The notes under the pieces were generated by a model. The model had not been told where the DNA came from. It worked only from the letters and a program-made list of their open reading frames with translations, and made no database searches. DNA of 64,000 nt from the human T2T-CHM13v2.0 reference genome, Homo sapiens, in the NCBI RefSeq assembly GCF_009914755.1, contig NC_060931.1; one strand, 5' to 3'. This document shows, one piece after another, positions 41,354 through 57,544 of this stretch (positions within the stretch are counted from its first letter, which is position 1; each line of letters starts with the position of its first letter). The position numbers and the translations under genes were made by a program.

Positions 41354-41751
41354 GTAAGTAAAATAAGACTTTTAAATTTAGACATTTAAAATATGAATGA
41401 AATTCTTATAGTGTTGTCATAGAATTTCGTTTTTAGATTGCTGTACTGAAGTTAATATTTTATCTGAATACATGAGAATTATAATTTTGTATAAAATAAA
41501 GGCCCTATAAGAGATTATTGAATGATATGTATCTTAAAAGAAAAACCCAGAAAAATGTTAACTTGAATTTTTATCAGATATGTTATCTATTTATAACCTA
41601 TTTGTTACTAGGATACATTGTAATTTTTAGGTTTATTACATAGGATTCAACAGCCTGATGGTGATCATTATCAAAGAAAACTCATAGGCAATAAGAATGG
41701 TTTTTTATTTTTGGATTTGTAACTTGGTTTCTCAAAAGCATGCTTATTAAG

Positions 41752-41754
<3 letters not shown>

Positions 41755-41801
<47 letters not shown>
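41755..41801. repeat. (TG)n microsatellite
   Basis: About 23 TG units with one interruption. Confidence 0.97.
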
Positions 41802-43789
41802 AGGAAAGCCTGATACAATTTAGACTTCAAAGTTTTCCCCCTCACTTGGTATTTCAGCTATTAATTAGAACTTCCAATTGCATAGTACACAATGTAATGA
41901 TCTTCTTATGTGAGAGTATTATTGCTAGAAGACTTGGACTTGAACTCATAATTAATTCTTCTCCATTTCTCTTAAAAAACATGGTATTTGTGTAGCACTA
42001 CTTCAGCATTTAACTGTGGAATCGTGAAATGTAACTATGATAATTAACATCCCAATTTTCACAGATGGATCTAAGAACATGTAATTTATAAGACACAAAT
42101 GACATCGGTGCAGACATTTATTTAGAATAGTTGTTGGTATTGTCAGTGTATTAGGACCCCATTTTGTAATTACCACACTACTTTTTAAAAAATTTGAAGT
42201 ACTTTCCATTTTTCCTTAAAAAAAAAAAGAATGAATATTTGCAACATTTTTATTTTGCTTATGTCTGCCTGTGTCTGTCATTTGAAAATTGTCTTATGAA
42301 GAAGCCGTTTATCTTGTCTATTTACATATAAATGATAGATACATTTGAATAATATGGTAATGTGACTGCAAGGACAGCTAGAGCTGAGCAGTTGCATATA
42401 TTATGTGGTACCAAGAATGGATGCAGATTCACACATCAATGCAAACATAATTTCTTTTGTTTAATCCATGATTTTTGAGTTAATAATGTATTCCAGCTGA
42501 TTTAGACTTGGAACTTTTGATTCATACTTTTAAGTAAGTCTAGTTTACATATTTCAGTTAAATCTAGATTTTCTTTACTATGCTTGACTTTTACAGTGTT
42601 TTGTAGAAAAGAGATTTCAAAAATGTACTTATTCTGTCCCTCAAATTAGATAATTAAAAGGAAGGAAAGTAGCTTGTGCACCAAAATCAGTAACATTGGT
42701 AAAGAAACTAATAAAAGTAATGTGAAAATATGTCCTCTAAATCTTAAAAAATAATGGAATATATTTATGGGGCTAAAATGTACATATTGGATCAAGTGTC
42801 ATTTGACGATTTTGTATTTATGTTGTTGCCAAATAAAAGGAAATAAATTCACTACCCTGCATTATTTACTGATAAAGACTGACTTTTAAACATAATCACT
42901 TTTCTTTGTGTGAGTAAAATTTTCCCTAGTCCAATTCTTATGGAGACATCCCATGTGCTTTTAAATCAACCACTTAATAATATGGGCACATGCAGTATCT
43001 AGAGTAACATTTTGTTCCCAACTTCTCCATGGAGTTCGTACATCATATAGATTACTCTTGTCTCTTTTAGAGATTGAGGCCAACTTGGGTCATTTTTGGC
43101 TTATGATTGCCCTGCCTCTGCTTCTATTGACCTGTCTACCTGTGTTGCCTTACTTTTACACTGCTTCTTTGCCTTTTTCCTTTCTACCTTTCTTTTTCTA
43201 TCTTTTCCTGTTCTCATCATTTTCTATCATTTTGCTTTTTTGCTGCTATATGTGAAGTTTGATTTTTGTGCATTTTTAGTAAAAGATGTTTAGTTGAATT
43301 CCTGAAATCAGCCTTTGGTGAAAAGAACCGCTTCAGTTTGTAGAAATTTCTTAGGGATAGTCTTCTCATTTAGGGTGGGAAGGTGTAGATTTCTCAGCAC
43401 GATTAGTCTATTTGGCAATTGCCCAGTTCAAAAATAACTTCCCTGAATATTACCTAAAGTTTTTATTTCCTTAACACAAGTTTCCAATTGCTTGTTCTTT
43501 GTAAATATTTGGATATCTCAAGAAAAATTAAGGTTCTTACATACCTTAATGGATGGTTTTAATCAGATTGCTTTCCTCACAGTGTCTAGCAGAAATAAAC
43601 TCTACTCTTCTTGCATGTTTTGAAGCAGTGGAAAGGCAATAATAATTATTAAACATTAAGTGCCTTGGAAATTAGAGCAGATATTAGTGAGCGGCATAAG
43701 GTAGGAAACAGGAGGGCACTGTGGGCTTGGGATGAATGAGTGAGGGCCACAGAAAGAGAGGCAAAAGAATGTTTAAGACAAATATGGCC

Positions 43790-43995
43790 ACAATAATAAA
43801 ACCCAACAGCTGAAATTTACAGTTTTATGCTGAGCACTGTACGGAGGGCTTTACATTCATTGTCACTTTTGGTGCTCTCAACAGCCTCATGGAACTGTAA
43901 ATACCATCATTTTGCAAAGGAAAAACCTAAAGGTTAGGGAGATGAAGCAGTTATTTCCAAGGTCTTGTAGTTTGTAAGATAGACCCAGGCCCATC
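43790..43995 (-). mobile_element. MIR
   Basis: ccatcattttgcaaaggaaaaacctaaaggttagggagatgaagcagttatttccaaggtc. Confidence 0.65.
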
Positions 43996-44304
43996 CTAAT
44001 TGGACTGTTATAGCTCCTGTTTATTTTTATCAATTTTAGTTAGCCTAGGTCTTTGGTCAGAAGAGGAAAAGAAAACTTTCTTCTTTCTTTCCATAACCTT
44101 CCTTTATTCTACACTTAATATCCTGAGTGCAGATAAGTCCTAAAAACAGTGAAACTGCTTTATAGTTTGAATAAGTTTTGTAGATTGGCCAAAAACCTGT
44201 CCATTTAAACTCTTATTTCAATTACAAAATGTGTTTTTAGTTTCCATAAAGCAAACTTGTAAGTTATAGTATTGTCGCATATATGCCACTAGGGTCTTCT
44301 GAAA

Positions 44305-44309
44305 TACAC

Positions 44310-44374
<65 letters not shown>
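44305..44374. repeat. (CA)n microsatellite
   Basis: Long CA tract with two TA interruptions. Confidence 0.97.
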
Positions 44375-44377
<3 letters not shown>

Positions 44378-45674
44378 CTTTGTTAGCAAGTTCTAAAATC
44401 AGTATCAGTTTAATTTAAAATTTCTAAAACTTAATGATAATGTTGCTGTATTTCAGAATTATTAACATCAAAGATATTTTCTAAACAATGTTGATTTTGT
44501 AGTTCTGTGTAATTAATTCATTGTACCCTTTTTTGAGGGAGATACCATTGTAAGTTAAACAGTAGAAAAAACCAATACCCCATGCCCATTAAAACCCTGG
44601 ATATGACGGGAAAGTAAAATAATTTAAGATTCATTAGATACTATTGTATTTTTCCTTTTGATTTCACAATGAAGTTTTCAAGGGCTTTTTGAGATACCTA
44701 TGTAATTCAAGTTTTACCAAGTGAAGGATTCTTATTTATAATATGTACATACTACAAATGTATTTCTTTTTTTGGCTTTAAAGGAGAACTGTAAGCCTAG
44801 TTGCTTTATATTGTTGCCATGAATGACATTTTAGGTTTTATAAAAGCCTTCTGAAGGCCAGAATAATGAAATAAGTGGTAAAAATTTAGTGATGTGAAAG
44901 AATACTCAAGGAAATGACTTTGAAGGTCATTATTAAAGTGGTTTAGCGGCTAATAGGATATTGTTGGTGTAGGCTTTCTTTTAATAGGAAAAGCTTTACA
45001 GACCTAAAGTGTTCTGTAATTTAGATTCTTATACAGTTACAAAGTCTGTAGATACTACGATCTGGAAGCTGCAAGGTTGGGAACCCCTTAGGAAATGTGC
45101 TCCTTAAGTTGCTCATGTTGCTATTGGGTAACATGTGGGCCCCTCTGATGCATGGTTTTGAGTACAGTTATTTCCAAGGTCTTGTAGTTTGTAAGACAGA
45201 CCCAGGCAGTTGGGTCTAATATGTCAAACATGAAGGAACACCTTAAACCAAGGAGTCGCTCAGTTAGCTTGAAAAGGAATCTCGTTCATAATGGTCTAAA
45301 ATATTATTATAGCTGTCTTTTTTCCCTATACAGGTTTAAGACTTGGAAGAGAAAGGTAGAAAATGTAGTTGAGAATCATTGACTCCCGAATATATTTAGT
45401 TGTGAAAGTTCTAACAAATTTTTCTTCTACTTAAACAGAAAGTTAAGCAATTTAGTTTTTATTTTCTTTGCCAAAGACAAATAAGTGCCGCATTAACCTA
45501 TTTAACACCATGCTGAAAAATTTAAAACAGATCCCATCAGTGAAAATAAGAATGCTGATAGCAAACATGATTATTTAAATATATATTGCCATTAAGCTAA
45601 TAACTGTTCTCTTTTAAATTACATAAGAGCAAAGCATGTGTAGCAGCATTTTTCATTACATATTTAATAATTGT

Positions 45675-46600
<926 letters not shown>

Positions 46601-47349
46601 AACAAACTCAAAGCTAATCATGATATTGTTAGGGATAATCATTTTGTTCCTATTGTGCTATAAACTAGTGAAATAGCCTAAACTAATGTATAACATTATA
46701 TAAAACAAAAATATTGTATTTCACATGAAAACAAAACTGTATCAATAGAAATCATAAAGCCCATAAAATGTTTTTATAGTGTTGTACATTCTACAAAGCA
46801 CTCTTATAGATGTTATTTTATTAGATGCCACCCTCAGCTCTTTGAGTTGTAGGTAGCATGTTATTTTTATGAAGTATTTTATCGATGAGGAAAAATAATG
46901 CTTAGAGAATTTAAAGCAGATTGACAAATGATTTAGCCAAGTTAAAATGGTAAAGATATGACTTTAGCTCAAGTCTTCTGTGCCTAAAGATGCCAGTTAC
47001 TCCATTTTAACCTGCAACTTACCTGTGTTATTACCTTCCTAGAGTTTTATATGATGGTCTAAGGTATGTATGATGTTAGAAGATGGGACAGGAAGCTGAA
47101 AATTACATACTGTCTTTTCAACTTGCTACAGAATTTACTTAATTATTTGGTTTCTCTGCCTCATACATTTTGATGTTTAAATCTGTGAAGAATGCTGTGA
47201 TTTGCATGATTTTATGCCACATCTGTTCTTGAAAAACTGTAGCTCTCTATCAATATTTTGCTTTCCAGATTAAGCAGTCCTTGAGCAATTGAACATTTTT
47301 CTGCTTTCCTCTGAGATAGATGTATGTGCATAGGTATGCACACATGCAA

Positions 47350-47820
47350 CTTTAATTGAGGGTGATCAGGGAGGGCTTGCTGAGAAGTGTTTAGGTAAAA
47401 ATCTGAAGGAGATGAAAGAGGGAGATGCACATATTTTTAGAGGAAGAGCATTCTAGGCAGAAAGCTTGTCTGAGGAACAGCAGGGCTGTGGCTTGCAGGG
47501 AGCTAGCAAGGATGACAATAGGAAGAGACAAGGTTTGAGATGCAATGGCATTCAGATTCTGTGGGCTTTGAAAGGTTTGGCTGTACTGAGTTTGGCTTTG
47601 ACTCAGAATGAGATGGGAAGCCTCCAAAGGGTGTTGAGCAGAGAAATTATTTGATCTGACTCATATTTTATTGGATCTCTGGCTGCTTTCTTAAGAATGG
47701 ACCAAGGGTGGGGAAGTTAAGAATCAAGAGACCAGTCAGGAGGCTATTGCAATAAGATCTAAACATGAGATGATGTCTGCAGAAGAGGTGAAGAGAAATG
47801 GTTGGATTCTGGATATACAT
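47350..47820 (-). mobile_element. L2 fragment
   Basis: gggtgatcagggagggcttgctgagaag...gagatgggaagcctccaaagggtgttgagcagag...ggttggattctggatata. Confidence 0.75.
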
Positions 47821-48670
47821 TGTGTGGCCGACACACCTGTTGGGAAGACTTTAAAAGTGGGCAGGAACAGCATGAGACTGGATAGCCAGACCAGAGCCAA
47901 AATCATGCCATGGCACTGTCCACTAAGCACCCTGCTGCCACCATGAGTGTTGGGGCTGGACATTGTCTCTTGCTTTGCTGGCCTTGCCTATCTTTGCCAA
48001 TGTTGCCAAAATGGGAACATCCTACATTATCATTGCTTCTTTGGACTGTTAGCTCGTAATGCTAAGCCAGGATTGATTGTGTTTGTTGGCTGAGATGAAG
48101 TTTCAAGCCCATGTTTTGACTGCACAGGACCATAAGAAAGTGAGTATCTAGCATTTTGGCTATTCTAATGGCAGGTGGGTCCTGTTTCCTGTCAAGATTC
48201 ATAAAATACCATTGACTGCAGAAAGAAATTGTGATACATATACACTGTGGAATACTATGCAGTCATAACAAAGAGATCATGTCCTTTGCAGGAACATGTA
48301 TGGAGCTGGAGGCCATTATCCTTAGCAAACTAACACAGGAATAGAAAACCAAATACTGCATGTTCTGACTTATAAGTGGGAGCTAAATGATGAGAACACA
48401 TGGACACATAGAGGGGAACAACACACACTGGGGTGTGCCAGAGGGTGGAGGCTGGGAGAAGGGAGAGGATGAGGAAAAATAACTAATGGATACTAGGCTT
48501 AACACCTAGGTGATGAAATAATTTGTATAGCAAACCCCCATTACACAAGCTTACCTGTATAACAAACTTGCACGTGTACCCCAAGCTTAAAATAAAAGTT
48601 TAAAAAAATTCATAAAATCAGAACCTTTCCCAACTTAGGGAATACATTCGGATACAGGGCATACTTCCGT
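47821..48670 (-). mobile_element. MLT1L-like LTR, split by an L1 insertion
   Basis: aaagtgagtatctagcattttggc...caagattcataaa|...ttcccaacttagg continues across the L1. Confidence 0.5.
48208..48604 (+). mobile_element. 5'-truncated L1PA13-16-like 3' end
   Basis: ggagaggatgaggaaaaataactaatggatactaggcttaa...; TSD aagattcataaaat (48194-48207) / aaaattcataaaat (48605-48618). Confidence 0.88.
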
Positions 48671-48739
48671 TTTTCCCTGCTTTTCCACCATGCCCTAAGG
48701 AGAAAAAGACACCTCATAAACGTCCACTAGATTCATTAT

Positions 48740-49790
48740 CTAGTCCCAGATAAGGTAAATCTAGAATGTAAAAAGAATTGGCAGGTGGTATATTCATGGA
48801 ACCATTGTTTATAATCTTTGGGAAATCATCAAGAATGGAGATGGGCAAAAGTAATGCTGGTTTTTAAAGGGTGATGGGGGACAAATCTGAGTCTACAGAA
48901 ATATAAGCTTCATATAGAACATTGGTGAAATTTAAAATAAATTTTTAGACATTAGGGTCTAATGATCTTCATTCTCTTTGTTATTTCCTGATTTCAACAG
49001 ACTAGTGAACTAGTTTGAGATATTTATGAGATATTTAAAACAAGAATAGAAATCTAGTTGTTAGGAGATCATTATTTTTTTTCCAGTCTTATCTCTGGTT
49101 GAACCACTTTATCCAAAGCATGTTGATCAATGAATTGACATCATCATGGAGAAAAGTCTGTCGGGGTGTGCTGGAGGGCATTGTCCTTGTCCTTGTTCTA
49201 TTTGATATTTTTATTAATGACTCAGATAGTGGTGGTGATATGCTGGACCTATTTGTGTCATAGCTGGGAAGTATAATTAACACTTAGGGTGATAGAATCA
49301 AGGATCAGAAAAGAATATAATAAAATGATGAGCCTAACCTACAAGGTGAATTATCATGGGGATAAGTAAAACGGTATATTTGGTTTTAAAAAAAGAAAGC
49401 ATCCCAACCTAATACAGAAAAATGGGGTGGAGGAAAGGTAACTTAAAACAATCCATGTAAAAAAAGACTAGTGATTTCTTTGGTGTATGGGAGTATGCAC
49501 AGAGGAGCTCCAATAAGATGCCAAAATTATTCAGGAGAATTAAAGACATACCAAGAGAGGAGAGAAAAAGGTAGTGTATATATTCTAGATGGGGTAAGGA
49601 AGTCAAGTGTGAGAATTTGGGGAAGGCTGGCTTTGGCTTAATTCTTAGAAGAATGCTCAATTATGTGTTTTCTGTAAATTATGTTCACTTCTTTGAAATA
49701 TAATGAGCACCTTATTGCTAAAAGCATTCAAATAGAGGATGACTAGATTCACATCAGGAATATTGTAGAAAGGGTTCCTAACCTGTATTA
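48740..49790 (+). mobile_element. L3/CR1 reverse-transcriptase-region relic
   Basis: ataatctttgggaaatcatc...gggcaaa...tttttaaaggg and gtgctggagggcattgtccttg...tttttattaatgac. Confidence 0.6.
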
Positions 49791-52229
49791 CATGCATGAC
49801 ATTGAGATATGTAATTTAGGTTATGTGCTCCCAACTGATACCATGACGTAGATGTAAGGTCCCTTCATTTTGCAGATGAGGAAATTTAGGCTAAGATGTC
49901 AGATACTTCGTGCATGCCGTTTCCAGTGGCTACATCATATCATCTCCTGAGTTGAGTGTGAATCCAGGTAACTACAAGTTTCCATAGCAAATGATTGCCC
50001 AAGGTTTTACAATTGGCATATATAAGTGTGTCCCATGTGACATAATTTTGGGGAACAGAAACACAGCTCATTATGGTCATTCACTTAATAATTTATGTAT
50101 TCATTCATTCACTTTTTTCCCTCCAACATATACGGACTGTCTTCTCTGTGCCAGGGAGTATCCTTAAGTTCTAGAGATACAAATATATAGACCTTGTTTT
50201 TAAAGAGATTGAAGTCATGTGAAGAACTGTGATCTTAGACGAGGTAAACCTCCATAAGCCATTTGAGTTATAAATTGCTGTCACACATCTATAGGTGTCA
50301 TGGTACTAGAACATATTTGTGTTTTAGTGTAAACAATAGGAAAACTAGATTTGTCTCATAGGCTTTTCTTTATGGAAGGGTTTTTGTTTCATATATGGAG
50401 AACTAGTTATGCTGTATAATACTGTGATTCTATATTCTGAAGGGGAGGTTGTCATTCAGAACCAAGTACAGAATGCGAACAGATGTAAACATTGTGGATG
50501 ACTGAATGTGCAGGCAGTGTAAGATGGAGGAATTCTGAACCATAAGGAGAAATTAAAGAAATAAAAAGGAAACAAGCTAGCTTTCAGTCAGTGCTCTCTT
50601 AGGAACTTCTCATTTTCTGTAATTGGTAGGACAAAATAAATTAACTTCTTTTCTATCCTTTTCCCTAATGGCTTTTTCTCATCTAATAATAAGGAATGAT
50701 GGTTACCTTTAGTCATTTTTAACTGTCCACTATCATGTTGGGTACTGAGATATCAATTTTTTTCCTGTTTACATCATATCTATCATCTCTATATTCTAGT
50801 TTTATGTGATTGCTCTCCTTATTAGATACTTATAATCATGATTTGGTATTTAATTCACATGGTCTAAGATAGAAGTGTTTCTGATCTCCAACTGTTGCTA
50901 TGGTAAATGCCTGCCTATCCACAAAAGCACACAGTTCTGAGTATATTCCACCATAGATCAAACTATTTTAATGAGAATACAGTATGCATCTGATTTTTAT
51001 AATATTTTAATTCTTGTTCCTCAGTTTATCTTAGAATTTCACCACTTAAACTATGATATTTAATGGTAGAGAAATCACAGAAAAGATAAAACAGTAATGA
51101 AAAGATAATTCCTTTGGAAAGAAAAGTATATATTTCTCATGTTAATTTTTTTTAAAAATTTTCTCACAGGAATTATGGCCATATGTCTTAAGAAAACAAT
51201 ACTCCTGGAAAACTGCATGATTCAGGGGGTGGGTGGAGGCACGAGAGTAATACATTGAATGTAATAAGACTGACAATAATTATCAGCTTGGAGAGATTAG
51301 AGAAAGCTCCAGCTAAGGTACAAAAGTTGCCACCTGATGTAAGTACCCAAGATCAGGATGAAGATGATCAATAATTCCAGTTACCTTCACATTAAGTCTG
51401 AATAGGTCATTAAGTAATTGACGAAAAAATCACTAGCAAATTCAATTGTAAGTGTGAAAGTATACATTATTATATATCATACAAAACTGGTGGCTATAAC
51501 TTCACAAATTTTTAAAGTAAGTTAGTAAATGCCTGTCATGAAAATGACCACTTCTTGCATTCTATTTAGTGTTTTTAATTTTACTTTTTCTTCCATTTTA
51601 TGAATACTTAGTTAATATCACATAATGGTTTAGTTTAATGTGCATTCTATACTTTGGTAAAGGAATATTAGGCCACCCTATAAATTATTCATTTTTGTTG
51701 ATGTGATTTTTGCTTTTATGCAAGTTATGTATGTATTTAGATTAAGTCAATTAGTTCTAGGTTTCTTATGAAAAAACAGCAGTTTTTACCTTCAACTTTC
51801 CACTTTTTTAGCTGATTCTTTCAGTTTCTCTTTAAATATCTAATAAAACTCATTTATTTTCACTTATTGATTATTCATCTTTGGCATAATCTACTGATTC
51901 CTACAATGCAAAGCGAGAATTTGGTTTTTTTTCTCATTCCTCCACTTCAAAACAAACGTACTCACCTTTTCCTGCCACCCTCCCAGTCTCCCATCCTCCC
52001 AGTGTAGTCATAATTTTGATTATATCAGAATTCAGAATTTGATATTTATATTAGCATGTTAATATAAATCTTTGTAGCCAAGACACATAGTGTACTGTGA
52101 CTACTTTTTCCTCTCTGTTTCTCTGGAATTAATATTAATTTTCTGTTTTTCATTTCTGTTATTAATTCAGGGCCTCCCAGAGCATCTGCCTGGTGTATCT
52201 TTCCTGATTTCCAGGCATGCCCTTCCCCT

Positions 52230-54800
<2,571 letters not shown>

Positions 54801-56164
54801 CATATGTTCTATTTGTCATCTTTACTTTGGAATATCATCCATTCTTAATAAGTTTAAATATGAACAAATGTTAAAGCGTGCCATTATGTAAACCAATGTA
54901 TAATTAGATAACTTTTTGACGTCAATTGTTGTGAAGTATATAAGTTTTTCTCTTTATCAGTTGTCAGAGTTTATCAAATGTGACAAGGCTAGTGGGAGTG
55001 AAGGTATTTTAATTAACTGTTATTAGATTATTGTCCATTCAATAACATTTTAGGCACAAGAGCAGTGTCTGAAGGATTTTATTAGAATTTGCTATCTTAA
55101 TAGAAAATAATTATGGCTGTCAATTGGCTGGTTAGTTGTTGGTTTGTTTTTTTATGATTTGTTATGATTTTGAGATGTTGACACATGTATAGATACATAT
55201 TCATACATTTGACAGTATTTTAAAGCCAATGAGAACCTTTTTACAGTCTGTGTATAAAGGAATATATAGGGGTAAAAGGTTCTGATTTTAAAATTTAATT
55301 ATTCAGAATATATACACTTCATTTTTCAGTTTCATTATGTTTTCATTGCTGTGTATTATTAAGATGTTATTTTTCGTAAATGAACTTCAGTGTTCTGAGT
55401 TAACATTCAACTTCTAGTGAGTAATTTACTCCTTTCTCACTGGTATATTCAAGCCTGGCTATAAATCCCCAACAGATACTCATGCCTCATTTCTATTTCA
55501 TAAATTGGGAACTGAGAAACTAACTTGTGGTGGCAGCTATTTGCTGAGTAAGAATTTTCCATCTTTTGGGTTTTTCCTTTCTTCTCAAATATGTGATCTT
55601 GGTTTTAAAGCTTTGGATCTCAATTATTAGTTTTTCTTTCAGCCCTTGTTAGGGACATTTGGAAGAATGGATTGATTGATGTTTCTCCCCCTTCTATTTT
55701 ATTACCCTTTTTACTTGGATAAGGAAGTTAGAACCAGTCAGGAAAGAAAAATGTTGAGTATTCTAGCTAGAATCTTAGGAAATATGTGAGGAAAGCTGTC
55801 TAAATCTAACAAGAAGATAAAAAGTCAACAATACTATGGGAAAGCAATATGGGGAGAATATGATTAGTAATAGAATATTTATTAGAGAAAAAGAAAGGAC
55901 CAGGGATCTTTAAAAAAATCAGATTTTGGCTAACTAAAAATACATTGAACTGAGTGGTATCTTGTAAGGGTTCAAAGGGCAACATGATCATTCTTGTTTG
56001 TCATCACGACACCTGTATAAGATGAATGAGCTGGATGAGCAGCCAGTCTCCATGAGAGCAGGGACTAATTTCTCATGTTACCAAATGCAGTGGGCACCCT
56101 ATAAATCTTTGCCAACTTGATATGGTAATTTTCATAGAATAGATGCATTGGACACATTGTGTGG

Positions 56165-56165
<1 letters not shown>

Positions 56166-56212
<47 letters not shown>

Positions 56213-56228
56213 CAGAGAGAGAGAGAGA
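56166..56228. repeat. (TG)n(AG)n compound microsatellite
   Basis: Read directly from the sequence. Confidence 0.97.
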
Positions 56229-56289
56229 ATTGAGAGTTATTTTTCAAGGTTTTCATTAAAACTGTCTTATAGAGTATATCAGACACAGA

Positions 56290-56670
56290 GATATAGTGGC
56301 TGGTTTCTCCTTGAAAGGAGGACTTACTACAGGAAGTAATATCAGCTGAATGCCTCCATCTGTCAGCTCCTCCAGCATCTGCTTCAGCACAGAGACCCAT
56401 TCTGATTGAGGTCAGGCCTTTCCTCAGGCTTCCTATATCTGGTGACTGCAAAACATGAAGGTATAAAGGTCCAGCCATTTCTGCACAACACAGGACAACT
56501 CTGGTGCTAGACTGGCCACAGATTTATTTGTCAGCATAATAGTTTGACTTCCTTTGTCCAGTCTTGCTCTCTTTTCCTACATTTCAACTAGTAAATATAA
56601 TGCATTTCTTTTACACAACAGACATACTGTACATCAGCCTTCATCTGGAAGATCCATCCTGTGTCCAAGA
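56290..56670 (+). mobile_element. LTR16C-like ERVL LTR
   Basis: ctgtcagctcctccagcatctgcttcagc...gtataaaggtccagccatt...ggacaactctg. Confidence 0.6.
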
Positions 56671-57061
56671 CTTACAAAGATTAATTTATAAATGTAGTTA
56701 ACCCTTCAGTTTAACATGGATTTGTTATCTTTTAGAGAAGTCACTGACAAAATATGGGTTTTGATTTAAGTATCCAAGTATATGACACATTACACCAGAA
56801 AATCAGACTTTCAGAGATCAGAAGGAAAAAGTTAGTGTAGTATAGCAAGAATTTCTAGAAAAGTTAACTTTAGATGAGAAGTAATTTTAAAAAAAGAGAG
56901 AAGTAATTGAGTGAGTTGGTAAAATTGTAACTTTTTCTAAGGCTACTAAATCCTTGACAAAGGGTTCTGTTAAAATTCAATAAAAATTTATACATATATG
57001 TATGTATTTAATGTTCAGTAAGTATTGACAGTGAAGAAACAAATGAGTAGTATTTGCCTAA

Positions 57062-57185
57062 TGTAGAAGACCATATTGCTATTCCCAAATATTTGTATAT
57101 CAGTCTTCGTAAAAAGAATATGTCTCTCTTCCCTATTGAAGTTAGGCATGGCCAGGTGACTTGCTTTGGCCAACGAATTGAGCAA
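57062..57185 (+). mobile_element. MLT1-type LTR fragment
   Basis: cctattgaagttaggcatggccaggtgacttgctttggccaa. Confidence 0.6.
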
Positions 57186-57544
57186 AAGTTACTTGTTATT
57201 GCAGCAATGACTTGGACTATCCTGACTGAAGTATCCCAAATTACTTACTATCCAACCACTCCAGAGAGAGCCGATGCTACCATGTATTATCCTTGAAGAC
57301 TTCTTTTATGATTTATACTCACATGCATGTTATATATATGTGTGTATGTTTATGTGTATACTACACCATATACAACATATGCTGTTTTTTTAACCTTTTA
57401 TACCCATGCTAGTGTTGTCATCATTCCAAATCATTAAATGCAGTTATGTATCGTTTATTCACATTTGAAAATTTACATACTCTTTGTATCATTAACATAA
57501 AAATTCCATGCTCATCTTTGATGTCATTTAAAATTCTGGATAGT

